A DNA stretch of 53,690 bases, filler included, from Sluysia triapertura (lineage: Eukaryota), in NCBI GenBank assembly GCA_046118255.1. It is 4 parts of 4 records of this genome, joined end to end, with 100 filler letters (N's around TTAATTAATTAA, not from the genome) between each part and the next. Parts side by side here need not be neighbours in the genome. Positions count along the whole stretch, not along the records: positions 41,748 to 53,690 come from JBJNIA010154382.1; 3 more parts are not named here. One strand, written 5' to 3'. A program made the translations under genes and the position numbers. The notes under the pieces were generated by a model. The model saw nothing but the letters and a program-made list of their open reading frames with translations. It did not search any database and had not been told where the DNA came from. Shown piece by piece: positions 51,379 through 53,690 of the stretch (its first letter is position 1; the number at the start of each line of letters is the position of its first letter).

Positions 51379-53587
51379 TAATAATAATAATACTAAGAAT
51401 AGTAATAATAATAGTAATAATAATGTAAAATAAACACAATATTCATATAAACATAATACTCAAAATATTGTATAAAATACTTATAAAATTTCTCAAAATA
51501 AAATTCTCATGTAAATAGAATTCTCTCAAAATTTCTCATAAACATGTTGTAAATATAATTGCATGTAAATGTTTGATAATGTCTGAATACTCTGTGGTGC
51601 TCTAATCAGGTACGAATGTTGATATTATTACTTTTAATGGAGATAGTACAAAATTAAAATCTAGAAACATCAACAATAACATTAATAAATTTCTGAATGT
51701 TTCAATAGTGGAATCATCTTAAATTGAAATTGTGTAGAAATAATATAAAATCATAATTTATAATCGCTAAATATTATGATTGATTAACTAAATAAAATCA
51801 TTTAAAAATTTAATTTAGATTGAATAATTTTAAAGAATTGTAAAACTTTAAACAGAATCGCCTTAAATTATAATAAATAACTTGTAACCAGGATATTAAT
51901 TAGATGTAGAATTATAATTCATTTGTGTAATTCATTTTAATCTTTTAATAAATATGATTTAAATTTTTAGTTATAGTTTAACAGCTGTAGTTCAATTTTT
52001 ACAGTGGATAAATGTGTAGTAATAATTTAAATTTTTAATAGTAGTCTAATAGTAATTGTGATTTTCAATTTCTTAGTGATTATTTGCATAAATTTAATAT
52101 AAAAAAAACTAATAATAAGAATTAAAATAGTAACGATAGTCAGAGTTGTCAGATAAGATTTGCAGAATCGAATATCATTGGACTTTTCATTGAAGTTTGG
52201 CGATCGCGGTAAAAATACAATTGTAGTGGACATTCGGTGGAACTTTAATACCAAATTTTGTAGTAAGTTATTCTTCATATGACTAAAATTCATTTTTTCA
52301 TTACTATCACGTAATTAAATACTTTGCTAATATTTTTTTTATAAATTTTTGGCTGATTTAATTTTAACACTTTATTATAAGCTTTTAAGTTTGATCGTAT
52401 TTTATAATAAATCTATTTAATTAAATTTATTTTGTTTTATCTTTTGTGTTTTGTTTAAAGTATTTACGCGCTTTTCTTGTATAGGCAACTGTCAAAAAGG
52501 AAACCATTGAATCTTAAACTACAATAAACAAAGCACTAAAAAGATGTGAAAATAAATGCTAACGAAAACAATTTTCATGACTTTAAGCTAATAAACGACT
52601 TGCTAAAAACTTAAATATACAAAATAATTTTAAAATCAACAATAAATTTAAATTAGTGAAGTTATAAGGAATGTGATAACCCGTTAAACAACCTTCATTG
52701 AAGCAGAAATACATATTGATACTTGTAATATATATAACAAATACCTAAAGAGTAAATTATTTTACTATGTATCAGTGTTTGTTCGACTGTTGTAGTTATT
52801 ATGAAGCAATATTTTTATATTCTTAAACTTGACATTGCAGCATATAATCAGTATTATTTTCAACAAAATATCCAGAATATTCTCAAAAAAGCAATCACAA
52901 GACAAGATGTTTTTCTTTTAAAAGGAGTACATTTTCAAAGAATTCCAAATTGAAATTTTAAATGAATTAAAGAAAACATGTAGTAATGTAATCATTAAAT
53001 TACAAATTAGTGTTTGTGATTTACAATTATATAATTTCGAATAAATCTATAAGTTCTAAATATCGTTTTATTTTTCAGTTTTATACTTTTATTTTTGTTC
53101 TAGTAAGAAAAGTTACCGTTCCTCACTAATAGGTTAATGTACCCTCTATTTGAATAAAATGTAAATACAATTATTAACATAATATAAATTGTTAATACGT
53201 GAGCTTTTATTATCAATAATTTAGTTTCGGACTTGCAGTTATTTTGGATGAAGAAAAATATTGTTACAATAATTAAATTTACTATTGCGAATGTTTAATT
53301 CACTTGGTAATAGGTTTTTGTTATCAGTTAGATATTGTTATTTTCAATTTTTTTATATGAATTAAATTCAGATGATTATGATGAATAAACTTAAATACTG
53401 ATAGTACTTTTTAGGTCTTCTGGATAATATAAATTTAAAAATATAAGAACCTAATAATAACTGAGGTGCTTTAACGATTCAATTTATATAAATAAGAGGG
53501 TAAGGTTTCTTAATTTTCTGTTGAGATAAATTTATTGTCATAAATTTAAAGTCTGTATGTATAAAAGGGGTAATTATGTTATATTAA

Positions 53588-53677
53588 CACGTTCGCTAAC
53601 ATTATGAAAAAGTGCACTTGTGATATATTTTTGCCATTGCTATCGTCCCAAATACGAGCCGTGTGGTAACGAACGTG
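53588..53677. mobile_element. 90-bp TTAA-flanked mini-element (piggyBac-like)
   Basis: TTAA|CACGTTCGCTA ... TAACGAACGTG|TTAA. Confidence 0.8.
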
Positions 53678-53690
53678 TTAAGGTGGCAGA

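Overview
Very AT-rich eukaryotic (invertebrate animal) genomic DNA with spliceosomal GT-AG introns; the lineage cannot be fixed from this window. It is not one continuous locus. Three identical 100-nt spacers (44 N + TTAATTAATTAA + 44 N) join four contigs: A 1-17934, B 18035-30107, C 30208-41647, D 41748-53690. Contig A holds a Tigger/pogo transposase 5' remnant, a decayed Maverick/Polinton (protein-primed PolB plus an accessory ORF), a multi-exon FBXL7-like F-box/LRR gene and a truncated intronless AHCY pseudogene. Contig B holds pogo/Tigger and Tc1/IS630 transposase remnants and one KCNH (EAG/ERG) PAS-PAC exon. Contig C holds a frameshifted DEPDC5-like remnant, an isolated acyl-CoA-synthetase (ANL family) exon and the last exon of an alanine aminotransferase. 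Contig D holds five exons of a PNPLA6/7 (NTE/swiss cheese) gene, a ZC2HC1-like fragment with a 30-nt intron, and four small TTAA-type (piggyBac-like) elements. The most striking observation is that the NTE exons are circularly permuted: the exon that should come fifth lies first. Intact exons of unrelated genes also sit side by side on the same strand. Both could reflect duplication or misassembly, or genuine exon scrambling, trans-splicing or circular DNA. All protein assignments come from manual translation and motif recognition, not database searches.
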